A stretch of DNA of 64,000 nucleotides from Bacillota bacterium (GTDB lineage: Bacteria > Bacillota > JAAYKD01). This document shows positions 49,933 through 60,759 of the stretch, in pieces (position 1 is the stretch's first letter; each line of letters opens with the position of its first letter). The notes under the pieces are model-generated. The model was not told where the DNA came from, ran no database searches, and was given only the letters and a program-made list of their open reading frames with translations. The stretch spans positions 2,464,001 to 2,528,000 of the forward strand of contig OY762825.2 of the NCBI GenBank assembly GCA_963666425.2, in the 5' to 3' direction. Both the position numbers and the translations under genes were made by a program.

Positions 49933-50129
49933 ACATCTTTTCATCCTTTCGTTCGTTTTCTGTCTTATCATAAATAATCAAGACAAATAGTATTTCGTCA
50001 CGCAAAATATGAATCCTTCCTACTTGGAAGAAAAAGAAGCTGCTTGTTTTCGACGGTAAGAAGCAGGATTTTCTGCGTCAAACTGGGAATTAAAACAGAT
50101 AGAAATTGTGAAAAACAGAGAGAGAAAGG

Positions 50130-51758
50130 ATGAAGCAGCAAGTGCAGCAGAAAACAATTTTTTATAACGGTCGCATCTGGACCGGTAATCAAAATCAACC
50201 GGAAGCCGAGGCGATGCTGGTTGAAAACGGACGTATTCAGGCAGTCGGTGAGAATCTTGACTTGATCAATCAAGTGATAGGCTGCGAAAAGATAGATTTG
50301 GCTGGAGCAAGGGTCATTCCCGGTTTACACGACAGCCATCAGCATTTGGTCAATATCGGACGCATGATGGATTGGGTGAATTTGAACGGATCTGCTTCCA
50401 GAGCGGAAGTGGTGGCACGCTGCCGGCTATATGCCGCTGCGCATCCGGAGCGGCAGATCATCACCGGCCGCGGCTTTTTGCAGGACCTTTTTGCTGACAG
50501 GGCGATGCCAACCCGTTATGATTTGGATCTGGTAGCGGAGAATAAACCGGTCGTCATTGTACGAGCCTGCGGTCATATTGCGGTTTGCAACAGCGCGATG
50601 CTGCGTTTGGCTGGAATTGGGCAGGGATATCGCTGCGGTTCGGATGGTCAAGTCGATTTGGATGTGCATGGGGAGCCGCTGGGGATTTTCCGTGAATCGG
50701 CTGTGGCTCTGATTTCCGCTTTTTATCCCAAAGATACGACTGCGGATGTGCAGCGTTATATCAGCAATGCCGCTCGGGCGGCGACGGCCTGCGGTCTGAC
50801 CAGTGTGCAGACCAATGATGTCGGCAATACCGGCAACGAGGGCTGGCAGACTTGCCTGACTGCTTATACGGATTGGATCAAAGCCAATCCTGCGGGCTTA
50901 CGCGTCAATCATCAATTGCTGTTTGCCAAGATCGAAACTTTACTGAATTTCCATGCCTGGCGTCAGCTCAACCCACTGCAAGTGGACGCAGAGCGGATGA
51001 GTTATGGTCCGCTGAAAATTATGTGTGACGGCTCACTGGGTGGCCGGACTGCCCACCTGCTGGCGCCGTACAGCGATGATCCGTCGACCTGCGGCGTAGA
51101 AACCCTGACGCAGGAAGAGAAAACTGCTCTGCTCAGCCTGGGCCATGTTTTGGGCTACCAAATGAGTGGTCATGCCATCGGAGATGCCGCCATTCAGGGC
51201 ATGCTGAATGCTTTTGAAAAAACGTTGGGAGCACATCCCAGCGGCGACGCACGGCCGCGGATTATTCACGCCCAGCTTACCACTCCTACCCAATTGGAAC
51301 AGATCAAACGCTTGGGTGTAGTGATTGACGCACAGCCGGGATTTGTCGGTACGGATCTGCATGTGGTGGAGGAGCGCATCGGTCAAGCGCGCTCAGCCAG
51401 TTCTTACGCCTGGAAATCGATGCTTGAACTGGGCATCCCCGTGGCGGGGGGATCTGATTCTCCGGTCGAACCGTTTAACCCCTTTATCGGGATCGCTTGC
51501 GCTGTGACAAGGCAGGATCCGAGCGGTTTTCCGGCGGGAGGCTGGTTGCCGGAACAACGGATTACAATTGAACAAGCGGTGCGCATGTATACCTACGGCT
51601 CCGCTTACAGCTGTTTTCAGGAAACCAGCAAAGGCCGTTTGATGGAAAATATGCTGGCGGATTTTATTCTGCTGGACCGCGATATTTTCAACATCGAAAC
51701 CGGTGCGATTCAGGATACCAAGGTGCTGCAGACTTGGATTGGCGGCAAATTAGTGTAG
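50130..51758 (+). CDS. Amidohydrolase_3 family (YtcJ-like) metallo-hydrolase
   Basis: 'PGLHDSHQH', 'KIMCDGSLGGRTA', 'HAIGD', 'RIIHAQ', 'GSDSPV'. Confidence 0.9.
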   Translation: MKQQVQQKTIFYNGRIWTGNQNQPEAEAMLVENGRIQAVGENLDLINQVIGCEKIDLAGARVIPGLHDSHQHLVNIGRMMDWVNLNGSASRAEVVARCRLYAAAHPERQIITGRGFLQDLFADRAMPTRYDLDLVAENKPVVIVRACGHIAVCNSAMLRLAGIGQGYRCGSDGQVDLDVHGEPLGIFRESAVALISAFYPKDTTADVQRYISNAARAATACGLTSVQTNDVGNTGNEGWQTCLTAYTDWIKANPAGLRVNHQLLFAKIETLLNFHAWRQLNPLQVDAERMSYGPLKIMCDGSLGGRTAHLLAPYSDDPSTCGVETLTQEEKTALLSLGHVLGYQMSGHAIGDAAIQGMLNAFEKTLGAHPSGDARPRIIHAQLTTPTQLEQIKRLGVVIDAQPGFVGTDLHVVEERIGQARSASSYAWKSMLELGIPVAGGSDSPVEPFNPFIGIACAVTRQDPSGFPAGGWLPEQRITIEQAVRMYTYGSAYSCFQETSKGRLMENMLADFILLDRDIFNIETGAIQDTKVLQTWIGGKLV

Positions 51759-51765
51759 GAGGAAA

Positions 51766-52548
51766 ATGATGAAGAACTTAAAAGCAACCGCAGGCTTCGA
51801 TATCGTCTTGCATGAGGATATGCATCTGAGTTATGCTCCCATTCTGGGCAACCTAAAGCCGAGCGTGCGCAAATTGAATGATTGTCTCAATGTCTTGGCG
51901 CAGCCAGAGGCGGCAGGTCCGGAGGAACTTTATTGGATGTATCGTGATCTGGCTTTGCCGGAACATCGTAAAACCATGCAGAATATGGGTTTGCGCTATG
52001 ATATCACCGTGATTCGGCCGGGAAAAATCGGAGATGAATATATCAAGACCATTGGTCATTATCATCCTCTGATGGCAGGCTCTGCTTTGACCTGGCCGGA
52101 AGTCTATGAGGTTTTACATGGAGAAGCAACCTATTTGCTGCAAAGTCCGGGTAAAACAGCCGGGACTTTGAGCGATGTGGCAGTATTGCAGGTGAAAGCA
52201 GGAGAAAAAGCGGTGATTCCACCTGGTTATGGTCATATTACTATCAATGCCGGACCCGAAGTCCTGGTAATGGCGAATTGGGTCTCTTCCCGTTTTGATT
52301 CGATCTATGGTGAGATTGCCCAATTGCATGGCGGTGGTTATTATTTGCGGGAACGCTCCGGCCAACCGATTTGGACAGTGAATCCATCTTATCATGAAGT
52401 ACCGGAAATTCGCAGCTTGACACCGGTCGATTTGCCTTACTGGGGTCTGGTCAACGGGGAGCCAATGTATCGTTTGATAGCGCAGGATCCTGAGAAGCTG
52501 CGTTTACTGAATGAACCGCAGCATTATTTTTTAAGCAAAGAGGATTAA
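51766..52548 (+). CDS. Cupin-type (archaeal-like) glucose-6-phosphate isomerase family protein
   Basis: 'LYWMYRD', 'RYDITVI', 'KTIGHYH', 'PEVYEVLHG', 'IPPGYGHITIN'. Confidence 0.85.
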   Translation: MMKNLKATAGFDIVLHEDMHLSYAPILGNLKPSVRKLNDCLNVLAQPEAAGPEELYWMYRDLALPEHRKTMQNMGLRYDITVIRPGKIGDEYIKTIGHYHPLMAGSALTWPEVYEVLHGEATYLLQSPGKTAGTLSDVAVLQVKAGEKAVIPPGYGHITINAGPEVLVMANWVSSRFDSIYGEIAQLHGGGYYLRERSGQPIWTVNPSYHEVPEIRSLTPVDLPYWGLVNGEPMYRLIAQDPEKLRLLNEPQHYFLSKED

Positions 52549-52552
52549 GACG

Positions 52553-53959
52553 ATGACTACGATCAATCCAGGCATCTTTCGGGAATACGACATACGCGGC
52601 ATTGCGGATACGGATCTTACTACCGAGGCGCTGCAGTTTTTGGCCAAAGGGTTAGCCGCTTATTTTCAAAGCAAAGAGATCCGGCATGTTCTGGTCGGCC
52701 GCGATTGCCGCACCCATTCTCCCCGTATTAGTCAGACCATGATCGAATTGTTTTTAGCCTTTGGTTTCGATGTGACAGACGTTGGTATGTGCACAAGCCC
52801 TTTGTTTTATTATGCGGGTAAAAAATTGGCGATCGATGGCGGTATCATGATCACGGCCAGCCATAACCCGCCGCAGGACAATGGCATGAAGGTTGCCTGT
52901 GGTCCATCGACGATTTACGGCGAGGAAATTCAAAAGGTTTGTCAGTTGGCCCAACAAGCCGAGGCGGGCAGCTTAGAGGAGATCGTTTCAGCGCAGCCCG
53001 GGCACTTAACCAGCGTTGATTTGGCAGCTGTCTATATCAATGAATTAACGCAGCGCATCCGTTTGGGTCAACGCAAGTTGCATGTGGTAGTGGACTGCGG
53101 CAACGGCAGCTCCGGTGCGGTCAGCCAGGCTTTTATGCAAAACTACAGCAATCTTAGTTTTACACCGCTCTTTTTTGAACCGGATGGTACTTTTCCCAAT
53201 CACGAACCGGATCCCACCAAAGCTAAGAATCTGCAATTTCTGCGGGAAAGAGTCTTGGCAGAGCAGGCGGATTTGGGTATCGCCTTTGACGGCGACGGAG
53301 ATCGTTTGGGCGTGGTGGATCAATTTGGCAATGTTCTCTATGGTGATACCTTAATGGCGATTTACTGGCGTGAGATTTTGGCGAAACATCCGGGAGCGCT
53401 GTGTTTGGTGGAAGTGAAATGCTCGCAAAGTCTGGTCGATGAAATCAATCGTCTGGGCGGTCAGCCTGAATTCTGCCGTACCGGACATTCGTTGATCAAA
53501 GCCAGAATGCGGGAAACCAAAGCATTGTTTACCGGTGAAATGTCGGGACATCTCTTCTTTGCTGATGAGTATTATGGTTTCGATGACGCGCTCTATGCCG
53601 CCGGCCGTCTGCTGCGCATCTTGAGCCACAGCGAAGCAACGTTGTCCGAAATGGTGGCCGTCATCCCGAAATATTACAGCACTGCTGAAACACGGATCGC
53701 TTGCGCGGATGATTTGAAATTCCGTTTGGTCGAGCAGCTGAAAGAGCGTTTGAGCCAGGAGTACCCTGTGATTACGGTCGATGGCGTCAGAGTGATTTTC
53801 CCGCAAGGTTGGGGATTGTTCCGTGCTTCCAATACGCAGCCGGCCATCGTCAGCCGCTGCGAAGCGCAGAGTGAAGCCGAGCTGGCAGCATACTTAGCAA
53901 TACTAAATGAAGTGTACCAAACGCTCTGTCCGGGAGAGAACATCGACTGGGTGTTTTAG
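52553..53959 (+). CDS. Phosphomannomutase/phosphoglucomutase
   Basis: 'FREYDIRG', 'ITASHNP' (phospho-Ser), 'DGDGDR', 'GEMSGH', 'RASNTQP'. Confidence 0.93.
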   Translation: MTTINPGIFREYDIRGIADTDLTTEALQFLAKGLAAYFQSKEIRHVLVGRDCRTHSPRISQTMIELFLAFGFDVTDVGMCTSPLFYYAGKKLAIDGGIMITASHNPPQDNGMKVACGPSTIYGEEIQKVCQLAQQAEAGSLEEIVSAQPGHLTSVDLAAVYINELTQRIRLGQRKLHVVVDCGNGSSGAVSQAFMQNYSNLSFTPLFFEPDGTFPNHEPDPTKAKNLQFLRERVLAEQADLGIAFDGDGDRLGVVDQFGNVLYGDTLMAIYWREILAKHPGALCLVEVKCSQSLVDEINRLGGQPEFCRTGHSLIKARMRETKALFTGEMSGHLFFADEYYGFDDALYAAGRLLRILSHSEATLSEMVAVIPKYYSTAETRIACADDLKFRLVEQLKERLSQEYPVITVDGVRVIFPQGWGLFRASNTQPAIVSRCEAQSEAELAAYLAILNEVYQTLCPGENIDWVF

Positions 53960-54006
53960 CCGGCAGAGTGTTTTCCGGAATAGCAGCGCAGGAGGGAATA
54001 GAAAGT

Positions 54007-56268
54007 ATGGCAATGGCACAGGAAAGAATGGCTGAAGCTTTGCAGTTGATGCCGGAAAAAGCAGAAGCTCTAATTACGAATGCTGTTTTCAAATCCTGGT
54101 TTGTCAGCGGAGAGCGTTTAGTCTATCTGCGGGAAGAATTCATCAAAGATCACAAGCAAGTCCGCTATGTTCTGCACAATCTGTCCGATGGAAAAGAACA
54201 GGAGCTGTTTGATCATCAGGCAATGGCAACAGCACTGGGGCAGCGCTTGGGCAAAGAGTTGGATATCGATCTGCTGCCGATCGTATTTGAGGAACTACAG
54301 GCGGATGATATACCCGTCTTTTCCCTGAGTCCGGGCGGCAAGTTTCAACTGCGTTTTGCTTTTGACGGCAAGAAAATCAGCGATTTAAGCAAAGAAGTAC
54401 CGGCCAACGCACGGATTTCCCCGGACCATCGCAAAGCTGTTTATGGTGTGGAAGGCAATTTATTTGTCATGGATCTACAAACCGGCATCAGCACTGCCCT
54501 CACCAAAGACGGTGAAGCGGAAGATGGCTACGGTATTCTTTGCGCCAATGCCAGCGGTGTGATCGCGGCGCAGCTGAAAGGGACAGCCACTCCTGTGGGG
54601 GCGTTCTGGACGCAGGACAGCCAGCAGATCTTCACCTACCGCATGAATCTGAAAAAAGTGGAGAAGTTCACGCTGGTGCAAAATGTTCCGGAGGGTGACA
54701 GGGCAGTTCGGCCTGTCGTTTATAACTATCATTATCCCTTACCCGGCGATGCTAATTTGCCGCTGGTGGAATATTATCTGGCGGATTTATCGATGAATCG
54801 TTTCCGTTCGCTGGGTTTGGGTCAAATCGCTTATTCCGGCACCATGCCGAGCGGTTTCGCAGACTCGTTGGAGGGAAATTATTCGGCCTTTGAAGTGAAA
54901 AACCGCAGCAATACACGCAGTCAGGTCTATCTGATCGAACACAGCAGCGGAGAAATCCGCCTGCTGTTTACGGAAACGGCGGACACCTTTCTTTTTGCCG
55001 AGCAATTGAAAATGCAGAGCATCGGACCGAACGCCACAGAATTCAGCAAAAGAAAATACTGTATCTCAGAGCAATTGCACTGTATGTTCTGGCTGAGCGA
55101 ACGCAACGGCAGTCTCGATTTATACCGTTACGAGCTCAGCGACGGGGCTTGCACGCAGTTGACCGATGGCTATTATGTCCGTCAGCTGTTGTATCTCGAT
55201 GCGGAACGACAATTGCTGTATTTCTCTGCCAGCAATCATGGTATGGGTAAGACGCCATATCAGAAATTCCCTTATTGTCTTGACCTTAGTACCGGCGAGC
55301 TGCGGATCCTGCTGCAGGAAGACGGCGACCACGAAACACAAATCTCTCTGGATGGCCGCTATCTGATCGACAGTGTTTCTGCCTTCTATCGAGCGACCGT
55401 GACGAAGCTTTATCGGATCGATGGCAGCTTGCTGCGCACGATCAGCAGCTGCGACTGCAGCCGGCTCCTGGCGGCCGGTTACAGTTACCCCATTGGCTTT
55501 ACAATAAAAGCTGCCGACCAACAGACGGAGATTCATGGTGTAATGATATTGCCGCCTGATTTGGATCGGAGCAAAAAGTACCCGGTTGTGGAATATTGTT
55601 ATGGCGGTAATCAGAAAATGCTGGCGCCGCAGACATTCAGCGAGACTATTTCCCGGCATGCAGGCTTCAGCCAAAGTTTAGCCAAGCTCGGTTTTATTTG
55701 CGTGATCACAGACGGCCACGGCACCCCGCTGCGCGGCAAACAATTCCATGATGCCTGCTACAATCAGATGGGAGACTGTGCCGGTATTGAGGATCACGCA
55801 GCGGCCCTCTATGCTCTGGCGGCAAAGTATCCCTTTTTTGACCTGAAGCGTGTGGGGATTTGGGGGCATTCCGGCGGCGGTTTTGCTGCCTTCCAGTTCA
55901 TGGTGAAGAAACCGGAACTCTATCGGGTTGGGGTTTCCTCCAGCGGAAATCATGCGCAGGAAATCTACAGTGCCAGTTGGTCGGAATTGTTTATGCAGGA
56001 GTTTGATCGCGATATATGGCGGGCGCAGAATGCGGAATTTCTGGCTGACCGTTTGGCCGGACATTTATTGCTGATTCACGGTGATTTAGACGATAATGTG
56101 CATCCGGCCAATACCATGCGCATCGTCAATGCCCTGATTCAGGCTGACAAGGATTTTGATTTGCTGATCATCCCGAATCGTCATCATGATTTACATGACC
56201 ACCCCTATTATCGCCGTCGGCTGCTGGAATACTTCATCAAGCATTTACAGCCTGAGCAGTCATCATAG
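54007..56268 (+). CDS. S9-family peptidase (dipeptidyl peptidase IV-like)
   Basis: Propeller N-terminus; 'GIWGHSGGG', 'HGDLDDNVH', 'RHH' catalytic triad. Confidence 0.9.
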   Translation: MAMAQERMAEALQLMPEKAEALITNAVFKSWFVSGERLVYLREEFIKDHKQVRYVLHNLSDGKEQELFDHQAMATALGQRLGKELDIDLLPIVFEELQADDIPVFSLSPGGKFQLRFAFDGKKISDLSKEVPANARISPDHRKAVYGVEGNLFVMDLQTGISTALTKDGEAEDGYGILCANASGVIAAQLKGTATPVGAFWTQDSQQIFTYRMNLKKVEKFTLVQNVPEGDRAVRPVVYNYHYPLPGDANLPLVEYYLADLSMNRFRSLGLGQIAYSGTMPSGFADSLEGNYSAFEVKNRSNTRSQVYLIEHSSGEIRLLFTETADTFLFAEQLKMQSIGPNATEFSKRKYCISEQLHCMFWLSERNGSLDLYRYELSDGACTQLTDGYYVRQLLYLDAERQLLYFSASNHGMGKTPYQKFPYCLDLSTGELRILLQEDGDHETQISLDGRYLIDSVSAFYRATVTKLYRIDGSLLRTISSCDCSRLLAAGYSYPIGFTIKAADQQTEIHGVMILPPDLDRSKKYPVVEYCYGGNQKMLAPQTFSETISRHAGFSQSLAKLGFICVITDGHGTPLRGKQFHDACYNQMGDCAGIEDHAAALYALAAKYPFFDLKRVGIWGHSGGGFAAFQFMVKKPELYRVGVSSSGNHAQEIYSASWSELFMQEFDRDIWRAQNAEFLADRLAGHLLLIHGDLDDNVHPANTMRIVNALIQADKDFDLLIIPNRHHDLHDHPYYRRRLLEYFIKHLQPEQSS

Positions 56269-56286
56269 GAGGCTAACGTTAGAAAT

Positions 56287-56333
56287 AAAAAAAGAACGCT
56301 GGCGGATTACAACTTCGCACAGCGTTCTTTTTT
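56287..56333. terminator. Bidirectional intrinsic terminator
   Basis: aaaaaaagaacgctg...cagcgttctttttt. Confidence 0.8.
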
Positions 56334-56362
56334 GACTTAATTTTAAGTGTACGGAACAGTAT

Positions 56363-57835
56363 TTATTCTCCGGTATAGGCTTCCAGATTCATCGAACCGG
56401 TATAAGTGTGGTTATTGCGCGAGATTTGGAAGTTGATTGGATCACCAACGTTGTAATCCTGCAGCAATTTGTTGATTTCGGCAACAGAATTAACCCGGGT
56501 GTCGTCGATAGAAACGATATAGTCACCCGCTTTAATTCCATTTTTTTCAGCATTGGAGCCTGTATCCACCCCTGCCACATAAACACCTGGATTGACATTG
56601 CCGTAAAAGATACCGTAATAGCTGCTGACGTCCTGCAAGGTCATATGCAGATCGATGCGGCCTTTGACATAGCCGAAGCTCATGAGATCGCTGAGTACTG
56701 CTTTTACATCATTAATTGGAATCGCAAAACCCAGGCCTTCCACACCGCTGCCGGTGGATTTGGCGTTGACAATGCCAATCAACTCACCGTAGGCGTTGAA
56801 TAAACCACCGCCGGAATTGCCCGGATTGATCGCCGCATTGGTTTGCAGCAGATTCATGGTTGCATTATCAAATTCCAATTCACGATCCAAAGCGCTGATG
56901 ATACCATCGGTGACCGTACCTCCCAACTGACCGAGTGGATTGCCAATGGCAACCGCCAATTCGCCGACCACCAATTGATCCGAATCACCTAAGACAGCGG
57001 GTGTGAGTCCGGTTGCATTGATCTTCAATAAAGCAATATCTGTTTTACTGTCGGTACCGATTAAGCTCGCTTCATAGGCTTCTCCGTTGCGCAGGGAAAC
57101 AGCTATGACGTTGGCTCCTTCGATGACATGATGATTGGTGATAATGTAACCGTCTTCAGAAACAATAACGCCGCTGCCGGCACCGGTTGTGACATATTGT
57201 ACGCTGCGCCAATTATTGACCGCTGCTTCCGTTTGAATTTCAACGACGGAATCCGCTGCGAGTGCTGTGATTTGGCTGACGCTCAAAGGCTGACTGAGGC
57301 CGTTTTCTTGGATATAATTTAGTTTGGTCAGTGCCGCATCACTGTTGTGATCTCGAGAAGATTCAAAGAGATTGATCGAAGAGGCACTGCTGTTCAGGCG
57401 TGAGAGGTAATACCCTCCTCCGAAGCTAAGAGCGCCGCTGATTAGCATACAAGCAGCGACCAGACCAAAAATCTGACGTTTCAATTTGCGGGATAATCCG
57501 TCGGCCGTGATATGCGGACTTTTCGGTAAATTCAAGTCAGTTGCCGGCGGCTTGCTTTCGTCATGATCTGCCGGTTCGGTCTGTGAAAAAGCAGCTGCCT
57601 CTGCTTGGTCTATGGTTTCTGTCGCGTTTTTTTGATCGTTGTCAATTGGTTTTCCGATCAGAATAAAATCAACCGCATGTTCCTGCACTGCGTCTTCCTG
57701 ATTCAGCGGCTGTGATAGTTCCTCTTTTGTCACGGGAGCATCGGATTCAGGCAAATCTTCTGCAGCGGTAGGAGCGGGTGTACTGTTCATTTCAGATTCT
57801 GTTGCTTTTTCCGGCATGTCGTATTGTTGTGCCAT
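56363..57835 (-). CDS. htrA: HtrA/DegP-like membrane serine protease with PDZ domain
   Basis: Acidic N-terminus, TM, 'ITNHHVI', 'DIALLK', 'AINPGNSGG', C-terminal PDZ. Confidence 0.92.
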   Translation of the reverse strand: MAQQYDMPEKATESEMNSTPAPTAAEDLPESDAPVTKEELSQPLNQEDAVQEHAVDFILIGKPIDNDQKNATETIDQAEAAAFSQTEPADHDESKPPATDLNLPKSPHITADGLSRKLKRQIFGLVAACMLISGALSFGGGYYLSRLNSSASSINLFESSRDHNSDAALTKLNYIQENGLSQPLSVSQITALAADSVVEIQTEAAVNNWRSVQYVTTGAGSGVIVSEDGYIITNHHVIEGANVIAVSLRNGEAYEASLIGTDSKTDIALLKINATGLTPAVLGDSDQLVVGELAVAIGNPLGQLGGTVTDGIISALDRELEFDNATMNLLQTNAAINPGNSGGGLFNAYGELIGIVNAKSTGSGVEGLGFAIPINDVKAVLSDLMSFGYVKGRIDLHMTLQDVSSYYGIFYGNVNPGVYVAGVDTGSNAEKNGIKAGDYIVSIDDTRVNSVAEINKLLQDYNVGDPINFQISRNNHTYTGSMNLEAYTGE

Positions 57836-57974
57836 TTTTTATACCTCCTTGATGGATTATGAATCAGATCAGCAGCAGTGAATCACTGCAGCATCTATAG
57901 TATAAGCCATGGAAGAGAAGAATGTATCATCAAATTGTGAAGTAAAAATGAAAAAAGCTTTACATGGTTCTTGC

Positions 57975-59843
57975 TTAAATGAAAGAGATATAACCTTCTT
58001 TGATTGGTTTGAAGCTTTCTTTGTAGAGAGAATCATAGATGACGGACATCTCTTTGTTCAACAGAAACAGTCTGCGGCCATTGGGGATATTCGGCAGACT
58101 GCTGAGTTCTTCTTTCAGGCGATAAACCTGGTTGATCTTGCCTTGATGGAAACCCTGACCGCAGTAATCCGGCAGGGTGCTGACATCACGATAAAGATAA
58201 GAGGCAACGTGACAGTATTCGATGCCGTTTTTCACCTCAAAGCAGGGTGAAAGCAGGTCGCGGCTGCCGTTTGCCGGTGTGTTGATAAAGCCTTTACCGA
58301 TCTCATCCGTAACCGGCAAAAAAGAGCCTTCAAAAACGCCGTAGATTTCACTGTCATCGCGGGCAGAAAGGGAGGCAATCAAAATACCGGGGTGATCCTT
58401 CAACTGAGCCACCTGTAAGCCGGTGGCGATATCCCGAATGACCAGATCATAGGGAGAGGCATCGATACAGATGTATTGCTTGCCGAGACGTTTCTCCCAG
58501 GCGGCAGAGATGGCCGGATAGTTGACTGCTTTTTGTGCCAGCGGAATCCGTCGGCCTTTCAGATTGGTGATCAGATAGACAGAATCCTTGCTTTCACTGA
58601 AGTAAAAAGTTTGTCCATCCGCTGCCTCAAAGACACTGCCGTTAAATTTAAGGTTTTTATAAATACCTTCGCTTTCGCCGCGGGTGGTGTCATGCGTGAT
58701 GTTGCAGGTCGTGCCGTAGAGATGCACCCGATAAATCGCACTCGGCAGCAGATAAAGACCGGCATAGTGCTCGATCATTTCCTGCGGAATCAGCTTCTGC
58801 TTCTGGTAAATATTGACGCCTTCTTCTAACAAGGCAGTGGCAAAGAGACGCAGGATGGTTTCGCTGACATCACATTTGCAGTCATGCGTAGCTGAAATCG
58901 CGAGGGCTGCATCAAATTTAGGAATCACCACGAATTGGGTATTAAATTGGAAGCTGTTGCCGCCTTTTTGCAGGACACCTTCACCTAAATCATATTCCGG
59001 ATCTTTCAGATTGACATTGTCCCAGCCCAAACCAAAACTCGTGCTGCGGTCGTCTTCCGTTAGGAAGCTGACGCCATGCGGTTTTGCCATTTCCTCTAGC
59101 GAACTCTGTAAGAACAGCTCCCCCGGATGCAAAATCATTTGACCCAGCTTGCAGAGATCCGGCATACTGGTCGTGATACCGGCGGCACCTTGAATTAAGA
59201 GCAATTCAGCGGGTTTGCTGCCCTCACTGACCAAGGTGTTTTCGCCGGTCAACTGTTCGGAAAATTTGGTCGTAGTGGCCGACAAGGGATGCATAATATA
59301 TTGTTCGCAAAAAGCGGAGAAGCGGATGCCGCTGACTTCAGCCACCACCAATTCTGCCATGGTGAAGCCGTCATTGCAATAAACCGCGTATTCACCGGGG
59401 TTAGCTTTCAGGTGATTATACGACAGATAATCGTAGACATCATCGTAGTAATTCGCATCGGTCGTATCGGTTACGGAGAAGCCTTTCCATTGTGTGCCGG
59501 GCAGTCCGCTGGTATGACTGAGGCAATGACGCAGCGTGATCAATCGATAACGTTCGTCCAGCATCTGAAAACGGGGAAGATACTTGACAATCGGTTCATC
59601 CAAAGACACTTTACCTTGTTCTACCAGTTTCATGACAGCAAGTGTACAGTAAATTTTCGATACGGAGGCCACATTATAGGTATCGTCAATCGTGGAAGGC
59701 TTTTTTCCCGTCCCGCCGCTGTTGCCGATTGCTCCGGCAGCCAGCAATTCACCATTTTTCAGCATGGCATAAGAAACAGAAGTGTATTTCTTAGCCAGAT
59801 TCATTTTTAGGATGCCGTTTAGTTTTTCGCTCAGATGGTTCAT
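57975..59843 (-). CDS. Beta-lactamase-fold serine hydrolase (AmpC/CubicO-like peptidase)
   Basis: 'ASVSK' (SxxK), 'LSHTSGL', 'YCN' (YxN), 'KGG'. Confidence 0.85.
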   Translation of the reverse strand: MNHLSEKLNGILKMNLAKKYTSVSYAMLKNGELLAAGAIGNSGGTGKKPSTIDDTYNVASVSKIYCTLAVMKLVEQGKVSLDEPIVKYLPRFQMLDERYRLITLRHCLSHTSGLPGTQWKGFSVTDTTDANYYDDVYDYLSYNHLKANPGEYAVYCNDGFTMAELVVAEVSGIRFSAFCEQYIMHPLSATTTKFSEQLTGENTLVSEGSKPAELLLIQGAAGITTSMPDLCKLGQMILHPGELFLQSSLEEMAKPHGVSFLTEDDRSTSFGLGWDNVNLKDPEYDLGEGVLQKGGNSFQFNTQFVVIPKFDAALAISATHDCKCDVSETILRLFATALLEEGVNIYQKQKLIPQEMIEHYAGLYLLPSAIYRVHLYGTTCNITHDTTRGESEGIYKNLKFNGSVFEAADGQTFYFSESKDSVYLITNLKGRRIPLAQKAVNYPAISAAWEKRLGKQYICIDASPYDLVIRDIATGLQVAQLKDHPGILIASLSARDDSEIYGVFEGSFLPVTDEIGKGFINTPANGSRDLLSPCFEVKNGIEYCHVASYLYRDVSTLPDYCGQGFHQGKINQVYRLKEELSSLPNIPNGRRLFLLNKEMSVIYDSLYKESFKPIKEGYISFI

Positions 59844-59946
59844 GTCTCGTCACTCCTTTTTTTGTGTATTTGGTTGTTCTGATCCGATTTACCGGCACCA
59901 TAGACAGCCCAGCAGCTCGGAAAACAGAGAAAAACAGAATGTTGCT

Positions 59947-60759
59947 TTAGCTGAACAGGTTAATCAAGGTATATTTCATCAAAAGATAGCCGAGACTGGT
60001 ATGTTCATAGATTTCAACTCTGGGGAATAAATAAAGGCTGTCACTTTTCTTGCCAATTTTGTTTTCTGAAGTAAAGGTCACGGTATAATCGGCTGCTTTC
60101 AAAATCTGATCATTGAGAACATTATAAGCTCCATAGGGGTAGGCAAAAGCTTTTGGACGATAACCCATGTATTGATCAAAACGTTCATTCGTTTGATTAA
60201 TATCTTCGTTAACTCTGCTGCGGTAGGCTGTCTCGGTTTCCTTGGAGCGCTGCTCCATCGAAGCGGTGCCGTCTTCCAGTCGGTGGTGTAGGTTATAGGT
60301 ATGGGACTGAATGTCAATTACGCCCGAATCGGCCAAGGCTCTTGCTTCCGGCCAGGTTAATTTCCTGTCACTGCCCATTGCAGAGGCAATGATGAAAATT
60401 GTCGCTTTCATCCCGTATTGTTTGAGCAAAGGATAGCCATACGTATCATTATTCTTGTAGCCATCGTCAAAAGTAATCACAACCGGTTTTGGCGGCAGCG
60501 GTTGGTCCATATCTTTGGCAAAAATCGTGGTATAGCCATTTTTTTTCAAATAATCCAGGTCTTCTGCAAATTTTTTACTGGAAACATAAAGGGGATCGGA
60601 TTTCGCAATCGCGGGATCGTCGGTCAGACAGTGATAAGTCAGCACAGGAATTTCTTGGCTTTTTTCATTCATGATCAGGTTTCTGCTGAAAAGGCTGCCG
60701 GAAAGCAGCAGGATCACCAAAGGTAAGATAATCAGTTGGATTTTTTTCGGACGTTTCAT
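59947..60759 (-). CDS. Polysaccharide deacetylase (CE4, IcaB/PgaB-like)
   Basis: N-terminal anchor; 'PVLTYH', 'ITFDDGY', 'QSHTYNLH', 'FAYPYG'. Confidence 0.9.
   Translation of the reverse strand: MKRPKKIQLIILPLVILLLSGSLFSRNLIMNEKSQEIPVLTYHCLTDDPAIAKSDPLYVSSKKFAEDLDYLKKNGYTTIFAKDMDQPLPPKPVVITFDDGYKNNDTYGYPLLKQYGMKATIFIIASAMGSDRKLTWPEARALADSGVIDIQSHTYNLHHRLEDGTASMEQRSKETETAYRSRVNEDINQTNERFDQYMGYRPKAFAYPYGAYNVLNDQILKAADYTVTFTSENKIGKKSDSLYLFPRVEIYEHTSLGYLLMKYTLINLFS

Noticed and set aside
57975-59843. Bona fide beta-lactamase resistance gene
   Set aside because: No signal peptide and a long C-terminal extension; SxxK/YxN motifs are shared by many esterases and peptidases
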